Shown here: in pieces, positions 18,618-29,244 of the stretch
How positions within the stretch are numbered: position 1 is the first letter of the stretch
Layout of the letters: every line of letters starts with the position of its first letter
From: Synergistales bacterium
GTDB taxonomy: Bacteria; Synergistota; Synergistia; Synergistales; JAFGMB01
DNA: 64,000 bases
Assembly (NCBI GenBank): GCA_963666205.1
Contig: OY762654.1
Location: 1,472,001-1,536,000, forward strand
Direction: 5' to 3'
The notes under the pieces: generated by a model
The model's database searches: none
Seen by the model: only the letters and a program-made list of their open reading frames with translations
What the model was told of the DNA's origin: nothing
Position numbers and translations under genes: made by a program

Positions 18618-19238
18618 ATGATAGATCTTAAAAGAATGCCAGCCCTGCTATTGCTTGTAACTTTTATTCTAACTGCACTTTTACTGACTGGGGGCTTTGC
18701 CCAGGAACCGAGTTCCCGTTGCGGCCTTGTGACCCTCAATGATAAACCCCTGACTCTTGCGGGTGCAGAACTGAAAGTGGGAGACAAGGCTCCCGGATTT
18801 GAACTTCTTGATGTGGATAGTAACACTGTTTCAAAAGAGACATTCAAGGGAAAGATCATGGTTATCTCCGTCATGCCTTCCATCGACACTCCTACCTGAA
18901 TGAGCCAGATCCAGTGGCTGGCCGGTCAGGCTGGCGATCTCAAGGAGAATGTGGTCATCATCAACGTGAGTGTGGATCTTCCCTATGCCCTCAAAAGATA
19001 CAGGGAGGAAAAAGCAATTGAAAATGCGGTATTTCTCTCAGATCACCTCAACGGAAGCTTCGGAAAGGACTGGGGTGTTCTTCTGGAAGAGATAAGGCTT
19101 CTCGCCCGGGGACTTTTTATCGTCGACGAAAATGACATCATCCGTTATACCCAGGTAAGCCATGACGATCTCTTCTCAAAGAGCCTGAATTATGAGGAGA
19201 TCTCCATGGCACTGGATGAACTTAAGCTTTACAGATAA
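18618..19238 (+). CDS. tpx: Thiol peroxidase (Tpx-type peroxiredoxin), probable selenoprotein with signal peptide; TGA 18897-18899 read as Sec
   Basis: Two ORFs abut in frame across one TGA at the peroxidatic position (PSIDTPT-U); VGDKAP.F, SVDLPYA, FGKDWGV and LLARG motifs. Confidence 0.8.
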
Positions 19239-19252
19239 CTGAAGTATTCTTA

Positions 19253-19294
19253 AGAGAAAGGGGGGAACCCGGAGGAAGGGATCCCCCCTTTCTT
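19253..19294. terminator. Bidirectional terminator
   Basis: AGAAAGGGGGGA...TCCCCCCTTTCT inverted repeat between convergent genes. Confidence 0.7.
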
Positions 19295-19308
19295 ATGATC
19301 AGCACAAC

Positions 19309-20100
19309 TTAAAAACTATATCCTACACTGGCATAAAGACCATCAAGATCTGTTCGGGCAAAATCACCGCTATCTTTAGCCTTTATCACCATGTTCCTGT
19401 ATCCGAGTGTAAGGAAAGCCCTGTCTGAAAAATGATAGGCAAGAATAGCTTTTCCATCGTAGATATAGCCGTAATCTTCAACAGATACCCCGGAAAAATA
19501 GAAATTGAAATTCCACTTTTCCGTAAATGGCCAGTCAAAACCAAAGCCCAGAACAGGAATTCCAATGAGAGTATCCTCAAACTCCCTTCTAGTATCCGGT
19601 TCTCCTGCTTCTTCAAGAGAAGCTTCGATCCGGTATCCCCTTATTCCTGCAAGCCAGAAAATCCGGCCCTTTCTGTTATTCAGATCATATTCCCGGAGAG
19701 GGAATTCCCAGTCAATGCCATACTGGGTTAACTCAAAGGTTCCCATGACCAGGGAATCAACTGGATATATTTCATCTTCCCATTCGATATCCCCTTCAAG
19801 ATGTTTGGTCCCGGAATTATCAGTAACCATATACTCAAAGGTCATGTGGGTACCGCTGCGATATATCCATCGAAGCCTTATTCCAAGAACACTGTCATCT
19901 GAGAAGCCGAAGAGATCAGTAAAATTTATAACTCTACCTGCATCACCGGCCTCAGATGTAAGATCATTACTCGGATCCCAGTAGAAAATCTCGGCCGAAA
20001 AATCCGTTGCTGTTGAAAGACCGCTCCATGCAAGCAATAGAAGCACTCCAATAAATAATGGTTTAAAAAATAGCTTCCCATTTACAAGTCTCATACTCAT
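19309..20100 (-). CDS. Outer-membrane beta-barrel protein
   Basis: Signal peptide, amphipathic strands, LGYR motif, C-terminal G.Y.SVGYSF. Confidence 0.7.
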   Translation of the reverse strand: MSMRLVNGKLFFKPLFIGVLLLLAWSGLSTATDFSAEIFYWDPSNDLTSEAGDAGRVINFTDLFGFSDDSVLGIRLRWIYRSGTHMTFEYMVTDNSGTKHLEGDIEWEDEIYPVDSLVMGTFELTQYGIDWEFPLREYDLNNRKGRIFWLAGIRGYRIEASLEEAGEPDTRREFEDTLIGIPVLGFGFDWPFTEKWNFNFYFSGVSVEDYGYIYDGKAILAYHFSDRAFLTLGYRNMVIKAKDSGDFARTDLDGLYASVGYSF

Positions 20101-21782
20101 CCTTGCCTTTTCTCAAAAGTTTCCACAGCCTTGTCAAGGTTATAGAACATTCTCTCCTGTCCAAGGATCTCTCCCAATGGAGCTTTCCTCACCATTTCAA
20201 GGAAACTGGGGTTCAGACCGGCTAGCCAGAGTGTTATACCTGCTTCTGATAGCTTCTCCTCGAATTCCGTCATAACCTGAAGGGCAGTATATTCAATATC
20301 CGGAACGGCTGACAGTTCAAATATGAGAACCCGGGGTTCGTATCTATGTATAAAAGCCCACATTTTTTCCCCAAGCCTGGGTACGCTGGCGAAATTCATA
20401 CGTCCTTCTGTTCGAACAACAAGCAGGCCAGGCAAAGTCTCATCCTCTGGATGCTTTGGGGAAAGGGGTCGGTATATCCTGGTCCCGGGTTTCCTGCCAA
20501 CTGCATACAGTGGAGGATGGTTGGCCTGGTAAAGAAGGGTTACAAGAGATATAGCCACGGCCACCAGAATTCCCCTCAGGGTTCCCAGGAAAACCACTCC
20601 AGTCAGTGCAGCTATCCCCCACCAGAACTCTGTTTCTCTAACCCTTCTTATAGCTATGAAATCTGCGGGATTCAGCAGTCCAATGGTAGTAGCTACTACC
20701 ACTACTGCCAGGGTAGCCTTGGGCATGAGCTCTATAACAGGGGAAAGGAACAGGAGCACACCCAGAACAACCAAAAGAGTTACCACCTGGGATATCTGGC
20801 TACGAGCACCTGCATTACTGTTTACAGCCGTCTGGGAGGTTCCTCCTCCTGCGGGCAGGGCCTGGGAAAAAGCTCCCAACATATTGGCTATACCCAGTGC
20901 CCTCAGTTCCTGGTCAGGAACGGGACGGGGATCACCATGCCGGGCAAAGGTCCGACCGGCAGCAACTGTTTCCGTAAAGGACATGAGCGATATGCCGAGA
21001 GCACCAGGCCAAAGGACGGTAGAAAGAGACAGGGCCGGCATCCTCAGGGCAGGGAGGCCAGCCTGAACCTCGCCGATCAGTTCAACTCCCCATCGATCCA
21101 GACCCAGAATGAAGGAAAGGAGTATTCCTGTTATGACCGCAAAAAGCGGACCAGGGGCTTTGGGAATTGAATGCTTGAAGAAAATCAGAAGAGCTATCAT
21201 AAGTATAGAAACACAGAGAGTGGCAGGGACAGTTTCCGGAACATGATAAAGGATGGAAAGTATATCCCTGAAAAATCCGGCCTTGTCGATATGGATCCCC
21301 AGAAGCTTGGGAACCTGGTCAAGTATTATTACCAGGCCTATACCTGATTTGAATCCTGTCAGGACAGGGGTGGAAATAAAATTTGCGATAAAACCAAGAT
21401 GTAACAAACCTGCCAGAAACAGAAAAACCCCTGAGAGAAAAGCGAGCATGGCCGCAACTTCAAGAACCCCTTGGGACCCCACAGCACCAGTGACCAGAGA
21501 AAGCTCCGCGGCAACAAGAATAGCAATGGTGGAAGTGGAACTCACACTAAGTACCCTGGATGTACCCATAAACACATACACCAGCATGGGAAGGAAGGCT
21601 ACATATAACCCGACCTCAACGGGTAAACCCGCAATAGTGGCATATGCCATGGCCTTGGGAATGACAACAGCAGAAGCTGTAAGGCCCGCAATAAGATCTG
21701 AAGGCAACCACTCAGACCTGTAAAGGGGAAGCCATTCCAGTACGGGTAAAAGATCTGACAATTTTACAGAACTTATTTTCAT
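20097..21782 (-). CDS. SulP/SLC26 anion transporter with STAS domain
   Basis: DLIAGLT...IP..MAYA.IAGLP..GLY motif, QELRALG, C-terminal STAS domain; SD-led ATG at 21782. Confidence 0.9.
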   Translation of the reverse strand: MKISSVKLSDLLPVLEWLPLYRSEWLPSDLIAGLTASAVVIPKAMAYATIAGLPVEVGLYVAFLPMLVYVFMGTSRVLSVSSTSTIAILVAAELSLVTGAVGSQGVLEVAAMLAFLSGVFLFLAGLLHLGFIANFISTPVLTGFKSGIGLVIILDQVPKLLGIHIDKAGFFRDILSILYHVPETVPATLCVSILMIALLIFFKHSIPKAPGPLFAVITGILLSFILGLDRWGVELIGEVQAGLPALRMPALSLSTVLWPGALGISLMSFTETVAAGRTFARHGDPRPVPDQELRALGIANMLGAFSQALPAGGGTSQTAVNSNAGARSQISQVVTLLVVLGVLLFLSPVIELMPKATLAVVVVATTIGLLNPADFIAIRRVRETEFWWGIAALTGVVFLGTLRGILVAVAISLVTLLYQANHPPLYAVGRKPGTRIYRPLSPKHPEDETLPGLLVVRTEGRMNFASVPRLGEKMWAFIHRYEPRVLIFELSAVPDIEYTALQVMTEFEEKLSEAGITLWLAGLNPSFLEMVRKAPLGEILGQERMFYNLDKAVETFEKRQG

Positions 21783-21850
21783 AAGAGCGCTCCCTGATAA
21801 AAAAGATGACCCGGAACCGGTTGAAATGTTCCAGGCCATCTTCCACAATG

Positions 21851-24217
21851 TCACTGTTTCATCATAAGTTTATTCATTTCAGCCTCGTCATCCTGAATGA
21901 GGTTTCCTGAAACATCTATGGTCACATGATCTATGGTGCCTGTAAATTCAAATGCTCCCTTGTAATCCTCAGGCACCACTGAATCTGCCGCATCATAACC
22001 GCAGCTGAGGCCTATGATCCCGAAACTTGAGGGAACAGTATAGGGGAACTCAACGTTTGCAACAAGTTTTCCATTGACATAGAGCTGTCCCTTTCCTTGC
22101 GAACCCTTCCCTACTGAAAAATCAGGTTTGCCGGTGGGCTCAAATTCATAGCGGAGGGAAAGCTTTCCAGCAGGCAACTTGTCAGGGGAGGAAACCCTGA
22201 ATTTCTCCAATGCCAGGTAGTTGTGAACATAATGGAGTCTGCCATCTTTAATGTAGAGAGCATAACCGCCATGACGGTTTCCATGGGCCAGAAGAACCCC
22301 TTCGGCACCAGCTTCAGGGATCTCCACTTCGGCAGTTATGCTGTGAGACCTGTTGAAAACTCTGGGGGTGGCTGCAAAGGGAACGGGGGATCCGCCCGGA
22401 TAGTAGGTAAAGGTACTCCTGTCCTTTGAGATCTTTGGTCTTGGAACGTTCATCCGGTTTATGTCCGCAGTTGCAAGAGGAAGTACTCCGTATTTGCCGG
22501 CCTCCGTGTACCATCGCTGGATCATTTCGTTGAGCTTTTCAGGATCCTTATCAGCCAGGTTATTTATCTCCGAAGGATCCTTCGCCACATGGTAGAGTTC
22601 CCAGCCATTCTTATCCAGATCTTTCAATACTTCGATTGTCAGGGGGCTCCCGAAAGCCCTGCCCTTGGTGGCTGCCTCGGCAAAACTTGGGCCGGGGAAG
22701 GGGCATACGGCCCTCCATCCATCATGGTAGATGGAACGATGGCCGAACATCTCGAAGTGTTGCGTAATGTGCCTGCTCTCTGCAGAAGCATCCTCGAAGG
22801 AGTTTGCAAAACTCACCCCCTGAATATCGGACTGGGCCACGCCTCTTATCGATTCAGGCGGATCCATATCAAGAGCTTCAAGGACCGTGGGAACCAGGTC
22901 GATAGCATGGGCGAACTGGGCACGGGTTTCCCCTCCTGCCTTTATTCTCTTCGGCCAGAAAACGATGCAGGGGTCACTTATACCTCCCCTGTAGGTCTCC
23001 CTCTTCCACCTTCTGAAAGGAGTATCTCCGGCCCAGGTCCATCCCCAGGAGTAATGACAGAAGGTATCGGGCCCTCCCCATTTATCTATGGCCTCTATGT
23101 TGTCTTCCAGTCTCTCGGGAACATGGTTGAAGAAAAGCCCTTCGTTGATAGAACCGTCAGGTCCACCCTCCGCGCTGGCACCGTTATCGGATATCACAAC
23201 GACCATGGTGTTATCCAGCGCTCCAAGTTTTTCCAGAAAATCGAGGATCCGGCCGAAATGATAGTCCGTCTGGGACACGAATCCCGCAAAGACCTCCATC
23301 TGCCTGGCATAAACCTTTTTTGCGATATCTGAAAGGGAATCCCAGGCGGAGATATCTGGATCTCTTTCGGACAATACTGTATCCGGTGGGACTATCCCCA
23401 TCTCTTTCTGCTTCTCCAGGACTATCTCCCTGTACCTGTCCCAGCCCATATCGAATTTTCCCTTGTACCTGTCGGCCCACTCCTTCTCCACATGGTGGGG
23501 AGCATGACCTGCGCCGGTGGCATAATAGAGGAAGAAGGGTTTATCAGGAGCATTGACATGGGCATCCTTGATAAAATCGATTGCATGATCTGCCAGATCG
23601 ATATTCAGGTGATAACCCTCTTCGGGGGTCTTCGGAGGTACCACACTGTGGTTGTCATAGGTCAGGTCAGGGTACCACTGGTCCGTATCCCCTCCCATGA
23701 ATCCATAATACCTTTCGAATCCTCTTCCAAGAGGCCATCCGCGATATGGACCGGCAGGGGTGGTCTCCTCGGGGGCGGTCAGGTGCCATTTGCCTATGCA
23801 GAAGGTGTTATAGCCTTTCTCCTGAAGCATCTCGGGGAGAAAACCGTGTTCAAGCCCCACCATTCCGTTATGGGCAGGGAAACCCATGGAAAGCTCCGTA
23901 ATTGCAGACAATCCCAGGGTATGATGGTTCCGTCCGGTGAGGATACAGCCCCTGGTGGGAGAACAGAGGGCCGTGGTATGCATATTTGTATAACGGAGCC
24001 CCTTTTCGGCCAGACGATCCAGATTGGGAGTCTCCACCAGTCCTCCAAAGGGAGAAAGCTGCCCGAAACCCACATCGTCAATGACGAAGAAAATAATATT
24101 GGGAGAACCTTCCCTGGCTCTGACCGGAGAAGGCCAGGCCGAAGTAGATTCATCCAGGGTCCTGCCTATCTTGCCGGGAAAGGGAGTCCCCGGCTTGTAT
24201 TCTCTTATCTCATCCAC
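21851..24217 (-). CDS. Arylsulfatase (Cys-type, CxPxR), no signal peptide, with C-terminal extension
   Basis: PNIIFFVIDDVG, LCSPTRG, GKWHL, HAPHH, SDNGAS. Confidence 0.92.
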   Translation of the reverse strand: MDEIREYKPGTPFPGKIGRTLDESTSAWPSPVRAREGSPNIIFFVIDDVGFGQLSPFGGLVETPNLDRLAEKGLRYTNMHTTALCSPTRGCILTGRNHHTLGLSAITELSMGFPAHNGMVGLEHGFLPEMLQEKGYNTFCIGKWHLTAPEETTPAGPYRGWPLGRGFERYYGFMGGDTDQWYPDLTYDNHSVVPPKTPEEGYHLNIDLADHAIDFIKDAHVNAPDKPFFLYYATGAGHAPHHVEKEWADRYKGKFDMGWDRYREIVLEKQKEMGIVPPDTVLSERDPDISAWDSLSDIAKKVYARQMEVFAGFVSQTDYHFGRILDFLEKLGALDNTMVVVISDNGASAEGGPDGSINEGLFFNHVPERLEDNIEAIDKWGGPDTFCHYSWGWTWAGDTPFRRWKRETYRGGISDPCIVFWPKRIKAGGETRAQFAHAIDLVPTVLEALDMDPPESIRGVAQSDIQGVSFANSFEDASAESRHITQHFEMFGHRSIYHDGWRAVCPFPGPSFAEAATKGRAFGSPLTIEVLKDLDKNGWELYHVAKDPSEINNLADKDPEKLNEMIQRWYTEAGKYGVLPLATADINRMNVPRPKISKDRSTFTYYPGGSPVPFAATPRVFNRSHSITAEVEIPEAGAEGVLLAHGNRHGGYALYIKDGRLHYVHNYLALEKFRVSSPDKLPAGKLSLRYEFEPTGKPDFSVGKGSQGKGQLYVNGKLVANVEFPYTVPSSFGIIGLSCGYDAADSVVPEDYKGAFEFTGTIDHVTIDVSGNLIQDDEAEMNKLMMKQ

Positions 24218-24352
24218 TTCAATTACCTCCTTTCGATTTTTTCGAGGAGAGAGTTGAAGTTTGGTAAACAGAAAAAGGGAAATGACATTGTCAGAAATAT
24301 ATCTCTCGACCAGGAAAAGTTAATTGGGGTATTTTATGAATAAACCCAACCA

Positions 24353-25843
24353 CTAATGTTTTGCTCCGCCGCTGCTGTCCTCGAGTTGTTCAAGCACTGC
24401 ATCCAGATTGAAGGATGCCGGTTTCTGCCGGGGAGGGAAATTCCTGAAGGATTCGATCTGATCCGCAACCAGTGCCTGCATTCCGTAGATCAGGTAAGCG
24501 TGGGAGATCAGCCAGTCCCAGTACGTGTTTGAATTGTGATCGGCACGCTCGAAGGGATCCCTGCGAAGATTGAAAATCTTGGGGCCTCTAAGCTTCACGA
24601 AGGGCTCAAACCAGCAGAATAACTGTCTCTCTCGCTGTTCCATGAGCACAGCCTTCCAGTCTTTGTGCCGGATAGCCAGGACATCACCATCATCACTGAT
24701 GTAGAAAAAGCTCTCCCTGGGACTATCTTTCACTTCGCCCGTCAGATAGGACAGCATGTTGAAGCCATCGATGTGACAGTTAAAGGTCTTTTCCCCCACC
24801 TTACAGCCCTTGAGAAGCTTTTCCTTAACCTCCCCATCTCCTGCCGCCGCCAAAAGTGTGGGCAGCCAGTCCTGATGAGACACGATACCGTTCAGGACAG
24901 ACCCTGACTCGATCTTCCCGGGCCAGCGAACAAAGGCTGGTACCCTCCAGCCGCCTTCCCAGTTGGTGTTCTTCTCACTGCGGAAGGGGGTAATTCCGGC
25001 ATCAGGCCAGGTGTTATAGTGTGGTCCGTTATCTGTGGAGTACATTACAATGGTGTTATCCGCTATTCCCAGTTCGTCCAGCTTATTCAGCAGTTCGCCA
25101 ACATGTTCATCATGAGCAACCATGGCATCGTTGTAGAATCCCTGGCCACTCTTGCCTTTATGCTTTTCAGCAACGTGTGTCCGGAAATGCATAGCCGTCG
25201 TGTTGTACCATACAAAGAAGGGTTTGTCCTCCCTGTGAGCATCCTCTATGAAACGCAGGGAATGGCCGGTGGCCTCATCGTCGATGGTCTCCATCCGTTT
25301 CCTGGTCAGCGGCCCGGTATCCTCGATCTTCTGTCCGCCTTTTCCATCGGCATGGCAGTGTAACACACCCCGGGGGCCGAACCGCTTTCTGAACTTAGGA
25401 TCTTTTGGATAATCCGGATCTTCAGGCTCCTCTTCAGCATTCAGATGGTACAGATTGCCGAAAAACTCATCAAAACCATGCATGGTGGGGAGAAACTCGT
25501 CTCTGTCACCAAGGTGATTCTTCCCGAACTGCCCCGTTTTATAGCCCATGGGTTTCAGCAGCTCTGCTATTGTAGGATCTTCTGCGGGCATACCCACAAC
25601 TGCTCCAGGCATGCCCACTTTGGTCAGCCCTGTCCGGATGGGATTCTGGCCGGTTATAAAGGCAGCCCTGCCAGCAGTGCAGCTCTGCTGGGCATAGTAA
25701 TCGGTAAAGGCAACCCCTTCGTTTGCTATCCTGTCAATGTTCGGGGTCCGGTACCCCATCTGCCCCCTGCTGTTGTAGCTTATGTTCCACCATCCTATAT
25801 CATCTCCCCATATAATGAGGATATTCGGCTTTTTATCAGCCAT
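24353..25843 (-). CDS. Arylsulfatase (Cys-type, CxAxR variant)
   Basis: PNILIIWGDDIG, SCTAGRAA, GKNHLG, TDNG, EKNTNWEGG.RVP. Confidence 0.9.
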   Translation of the reverse strand: MADKKPNILIIWGDDIGWWNISYNSRGQMGYRTPNIDRIANEGVAFTDYYAQQSCTAGRAAFITGQNPIRTGLTKVGMPGAVVGMPAEDPTIAELLKPMGYKTGQFGKNHLGDRDEFLPTMHGFDEFFGNLYHLNAEEEPEDPDYPKDPKFRKRFGPRGVLHCHADGKGGQKIEDTGPLTRKRMETIDDEATGHSLRFIEDAHREDKPFFVWYNTTAMHFRTHVAEKHKGKSGQGFYNDAMVAHDEHVGELLNKLDELGIADNTIVMYSTDNGPHYNTWPDAGITPFRSEKNTNWEGGWRVPAFVRWPGKIESGSVLNGIVSHQDWLPTLLAAAGDGEVKEKLLKGCKVGEKTFNCHIDGFNMLSYLTGEVKDSPRESFFYISDDGDVLAIRHKDWKAVLMEQRERQLFCWFEPFVKLRGPKIFNLRRDPFERADHNSNTYWDWLISHAYLIYGMQALVADQIESFRNFPPRQKPASFNLDAVLEQLEDSSGGAKH

Positions 25844-25991
25844 TTCTTAATCACTTCCTTTCTGAAAAATCTTCAAACCAGAGCAGAATATAGATTCCAT
25901 CAGTAAGAAGGATGTTATTACGGCTTGAACTATTCCATTTTATCTGGTTGTACCATCTATCCTTCCCCTCCGCTCAGGATGGGAATATAGC

Positions 25992-27221
25992 TCACATCTG
26001 CTTACGCAGAGGAGTTGCAGCTGACTTCTCCTCCATGGCCAGAATATCCATGATCTCGTCGGCATAATGTCCTTTACTTAACAGCTCCGCCATTATCTGC
26101 ATGGGCTGTGCAGTATGGACAAAAAATGCCTTCAGCCCCGAACAGAGCCAGTTGAGGCCTGGCTCTCCATCAGGTGTTTTCAGTACCCGGTTCTTGGGAC
26201 ATTCACCATTACAGGCGAAGAGGTATTCGCACTCCCGGCAGTACCTGGGAAGGGTGTCAGATTTAGCTCTGCCGAAGGCTGCCTGTTTCTCCGACCGCAC
26301 CAGTTCTCCCACAGGGGTTTCTGTGATATTACCAAGGAGATGGGCAGGTTCAACGAAATGATCGCAGGAATAGACGTCACCGTTGTGTTCAAGGGCGACC
26401 CCGTCGCCGCAGGTGGGACGGAATATGCATATGGATGAATACCCTCTGATCCATGAAGCTACGGTGGCATCGAACATCTGGATGAACATGCTGCCCACGT
26501 CATTTCTTACCCATTCGTCAAAGATTGTGTTAAGGAACCTGCCGTACTGGTCAGGGTCCACAGTCCGGTCCGTAAGTTTCGTGCCTTCCTGGTTTCCGGT
26601 TTCATTGTCCCTTTCGACAATGGGGATGAACTGGAGGTAGGGGGTCTTCATCTCGTCGCGGAAGAAATGGTAGACCTCCAGGGGATGTCTGCTGTTGGCA
26701 GAATTCACAGTGCAAAGGATGTTGAACTCCACACCCCATTCCTGCATCAGCCTGGCAGCCTTGACCACCCTTTTGAAAACGCTCTTTCCAGCCTTGTCCA
26801 GACGGTACATGTCGTGGAATTTTCTGGGTCCATCCAGGCTCAGCCCCACCAGAAAATTGTTTTCTTTCAGAAACCGGCACCATTCTTCGTCTATGAGGGT
26901 GCCGTTTGTCTGGATGGTATTTTCGAAGGTCATGCCGGGCCTGGCATACTTCTTTTCCACTTCCATGGCCCTGCGGTAGAAGTCCACTCCCATAAGGGTG
27001 GGCTCACCTCCCTGCCAGGCGATGGTCACCCGGGGGATCCGGTGAGCCTCGATGGTCTGTCTTATGTACATCTCCATGAGTTCATCGGACATGGTGAAAT
27101 CGCTTCCCGGGTAAAGGTTCGCCTTCTTCAGAAAGAAACAGTAGGCACAGTTCATATTGCATCTTGCTCCTGTAGGTTTTGCCATCACGTGAAAAGCAGG
27201 ACGTTCATCGGGTTTTACCAT
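25992..27221 (-). CDS. Anaerobic sulfatase maturase (radical SAM/SPASM)
   Basis: KPTG..CNMNCAYC, WQGGEPTL, YSCDH, CxxC...CNGECPK. Confidence 0.93.
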   Translation of the reverse strand: MVKPDERPAFHVMAKPTGARCNMNCAYCFFLKKANLYPGSDFTMSDELMEMYIRQTIEAHRIPRVTIAWQGGEPTLMGVDFYRRAMEVEKKYARPGMTFENTIQTNGTLIDEEWCRFLKENNFLVGLSLDGPRKFHDMYRLDKAGKSVFKRVVKAARLMQEWGVEFNILCTVNSANSRHPLEVYHFFRDEMKTPYLQFIPIVERDNETGNQEGTKLTDRTVDPDQYGRFLNTIFDEWVRNDVGSMFIQMFDATVASWIRGYSSICIFRPTCGDGVALEHNGDVYSCDHFVEPAHLLGNITETPVGELVRSEKQAAFGRAKSDTLPRYCRECEYLFACNGECPKNRVLKTPDGEPGLNWLCSGLKAFFVHTAQPMQIMAELLSKGHYADEIMDILAMEEKSAATPLRKQM

Positions 27222-27618
27222 GGGAGGCCTCCTTTTTTCTCATGATCCCTGAAAAGATCCTGTTGGATATTCCTCTGGAAAAGGAATAGGGAACCCCCAT
27301 TATGAAAGTTCCTACAAGAAGAGCTGGAAGGGGCCGGATATGTTTGAATATCAGATACTGGGCTATGGCATCCAGCGCTATCCCCACTATTACAGGGGTA
27401 AACAGTGAATGAAGGGCATTTCGGAACTGTCTTCGATAATGTTCTTTTTTGAAGATAACGTTGTATATGAATGGAGGCGTCCCCGCCTTCGCATCAAGCC
27501 TTCCGTCACGGATCCCGAGTATCACTGCCACCATGGGCTGTATAATAAACCTGAAACTCATGGGACCGGCTATCCGGGCGACCATATCATCCAGAAACTC
27601 ACTCGAGAAAATATACAT
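27205..27618 (-). CDS. Hypothetical membrane protein
   Basis: GPMSFRFIIQP motif; hydrophobic segments; overlaps anSME start. Confidence 0.65.
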   Translation of the reverse strand: MYIFSSEFLDDMVARIAGPMSFRFIIQPMVAVILGIRDGRLDAKAGTPPFIYNVIFKKEHYRRQFRNALHSLFTPVIVGIALDAIAQYLIFKHIRPLPALLVGTFIMGVPYSFSRGISNRIFSGIMRKKEASHGKTR

Positions 27619-28398
27619 TCATGGATCACCCCTCTGAAAAAGAAGCAATAGTATGGCAGTATATAAAACTGCCCCTGAGAGGAAAGCCCAGAACTTGCTC
27701 TCCTCCCGTTTGGGAAGTTCGATTATCATGGTGTTCATGATCACCGCACCGGCAATAAAAGCTCCCAGGGTAACCAGAAAAGGAAGGGGCAGTACGATGA
27801 TTTTGTAACAGCCCCAGCCCGCAAGAGGTGCCAGAGCAAGCAGATTTTTACCCTTACGGCTATAGAAAACCCCATAGTCCATGAGAAGATAAAAGTCCAC
27901 GAGTATAAAATGAGAACTCATGGCTACGATATAGAGAACCAGCGGAACAGCACCTTCACGAATCTGGAATCCGAGGAGATAGGTTATGAGCCAGGAATAA
28001 AGAAAGAACTCGGAAACAGCTATATACAAACCTTTCCGGACTCCTCCCGGCTCTTTGACATCAGATGGCGGCTTACTGTCCGATAGTCTGCTGGAGGTAG
28101 CCCAGTGATATAGACCGTAGGAAATAATAAATCCGGCCAGTGTCGCAAGGTAGATCCGGTGTTCACCAAAAGGATAACCCAGACCTTCGGAACTCTGGAG
28201 AAAGAGTTTCCTGGCATGTTCGAGCTCGGGCAGAAGCTCCGCAAAGATATAGGCAACAGATATCCCTCCCGCAAAGGAAAGAAACCTTCGATAATATCTC
28301 TCTCCCCTTCTGGGGAAATGGATCTTCACCCCGAAGTAGAAAATACCGGAAAAGATCAGTGCTACCAGAAGGAGCTGAATATCATTCGCATTTTCCAT
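27619..28398 (-). CDS. Hypothetical multi-pass membrane protein (ZIP-like motifs)
   Basis: SFAGGISVAYIF.ELLPEL, AFIAG...ELP; about 8 TM. Confidence 0.65.
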   Translation of the reverse strand: MENANDIQLLLVALIFSGIFYFGVKIHFPRRGERYYRRFLSFAGGISVAYIFAELLPELEHARKLFLQSSEGLGYPFGEHRIYLATLAGFIISYGLYHWATSSRLSDSKPPSDVKEPGGVRKGLYIAVSEFFLYSWLITYLLGFQIREGAVPLVLYIVAMSSHFILVDFYLLMDYGVFYSRKGKNLLALAPLAGWGCYKIIVLPLPFLVTLGAFIAGAVIMNTMIIELPKREESKFWAFLSGAVLYTAILLLLFQRGDP

Positions 28399-28404
28399 GA
28401 TCTA

Positions 28405-28812
28405 TCAGAAAACCTCTCTGTTCATCAGTATTGTGATAAAAAGGAAAAGCCCCATGATCCCTATAAGACTGGCCAGAACCACCGGGAATTTACGCATCTG
28501 GGCTCCATAAGACTTCAGCTGGGAAATGATATCCCTGTATTCCAGTAACCCCAGAACAAGACATGCTGTCCCCAGCCCGATGAGAAAAAGACCAATATTT
28601 CTGGGACCATAGGTCCTGATAGTCACCTCTGTCAGATCTTCCTTCACATACTGGAGAAACTTGTAAATGGTAAAACCAAAACTGATCATGGAGAGACCCG
28701 TCCGTATCCAGGCCATGAGAGATCGCTCAGCTGCCAGGATGGTTCTCTCCGCGGCAAGGAGCGTCCGTTTCTGTGCCAACCTGTCCGATAATTTCAGTTC
28801 GTCTTCAGCCAT
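28405..28812 (-). CDS. YidH/DUF202 family membrane protein
   Basis: LAAERSLMAWIRTGLSMISFGF; SD-led ATG at 28812. Confidence 0.85.
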   Translation of the reverse strand: MAEDELKLSDRLAQKRTLLAAERTILAAERSLMAWIRTGLSMISFGFTIYKFLQYVKEDLTEVTIRTYGPRNIGLFLIGLGTACLVLGLLEYRDIISQLKSYGAQMRKFPVVLASLIGIMGLFLFITILMNREVF

Positions 28813-29244
28813 ATTTGATCTCCTTTCGCACTTCACTCATTGATATGAAATAAAGGGAAAACATAATGGGCAAAATATGCTTCGATAACTGAAAAGGGAT
28901 GTGATCCGGAAATTAAAACCAGCAAAAGAGGAAGGGAAAAACAGCAAATGAACAGAAAATGAGCAAAAAACGATCTAAGACCAACTCTTTACTTATCTGC
29001 TACGTTGTTTTATTATATTAGTGGTTTGTCTAATTCATGTCAAATATTAACTTAATATGAAGATTTCTCTTTTCTCATTCCCCTTCAGAACGTCCATTCC
29101 GGTAAACATATCTTCAGAACGATCTTAATATCCCAAAACTATTTTCATGGACATTATGCAGTTTACAGCCTGATCAGTTCTTCACAGGAAGACAGAAGCT
29201 CTATGGGCAAGCAGGCAGATCCTGGGTAAAGAGAGATAAGTACC

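Noticed and set aside
25900-25994. Read-through of the anSME TGA into a SEC-C tail
   Set aside because: Another stop follows 5 codons later and there is no CPCGSG motif.
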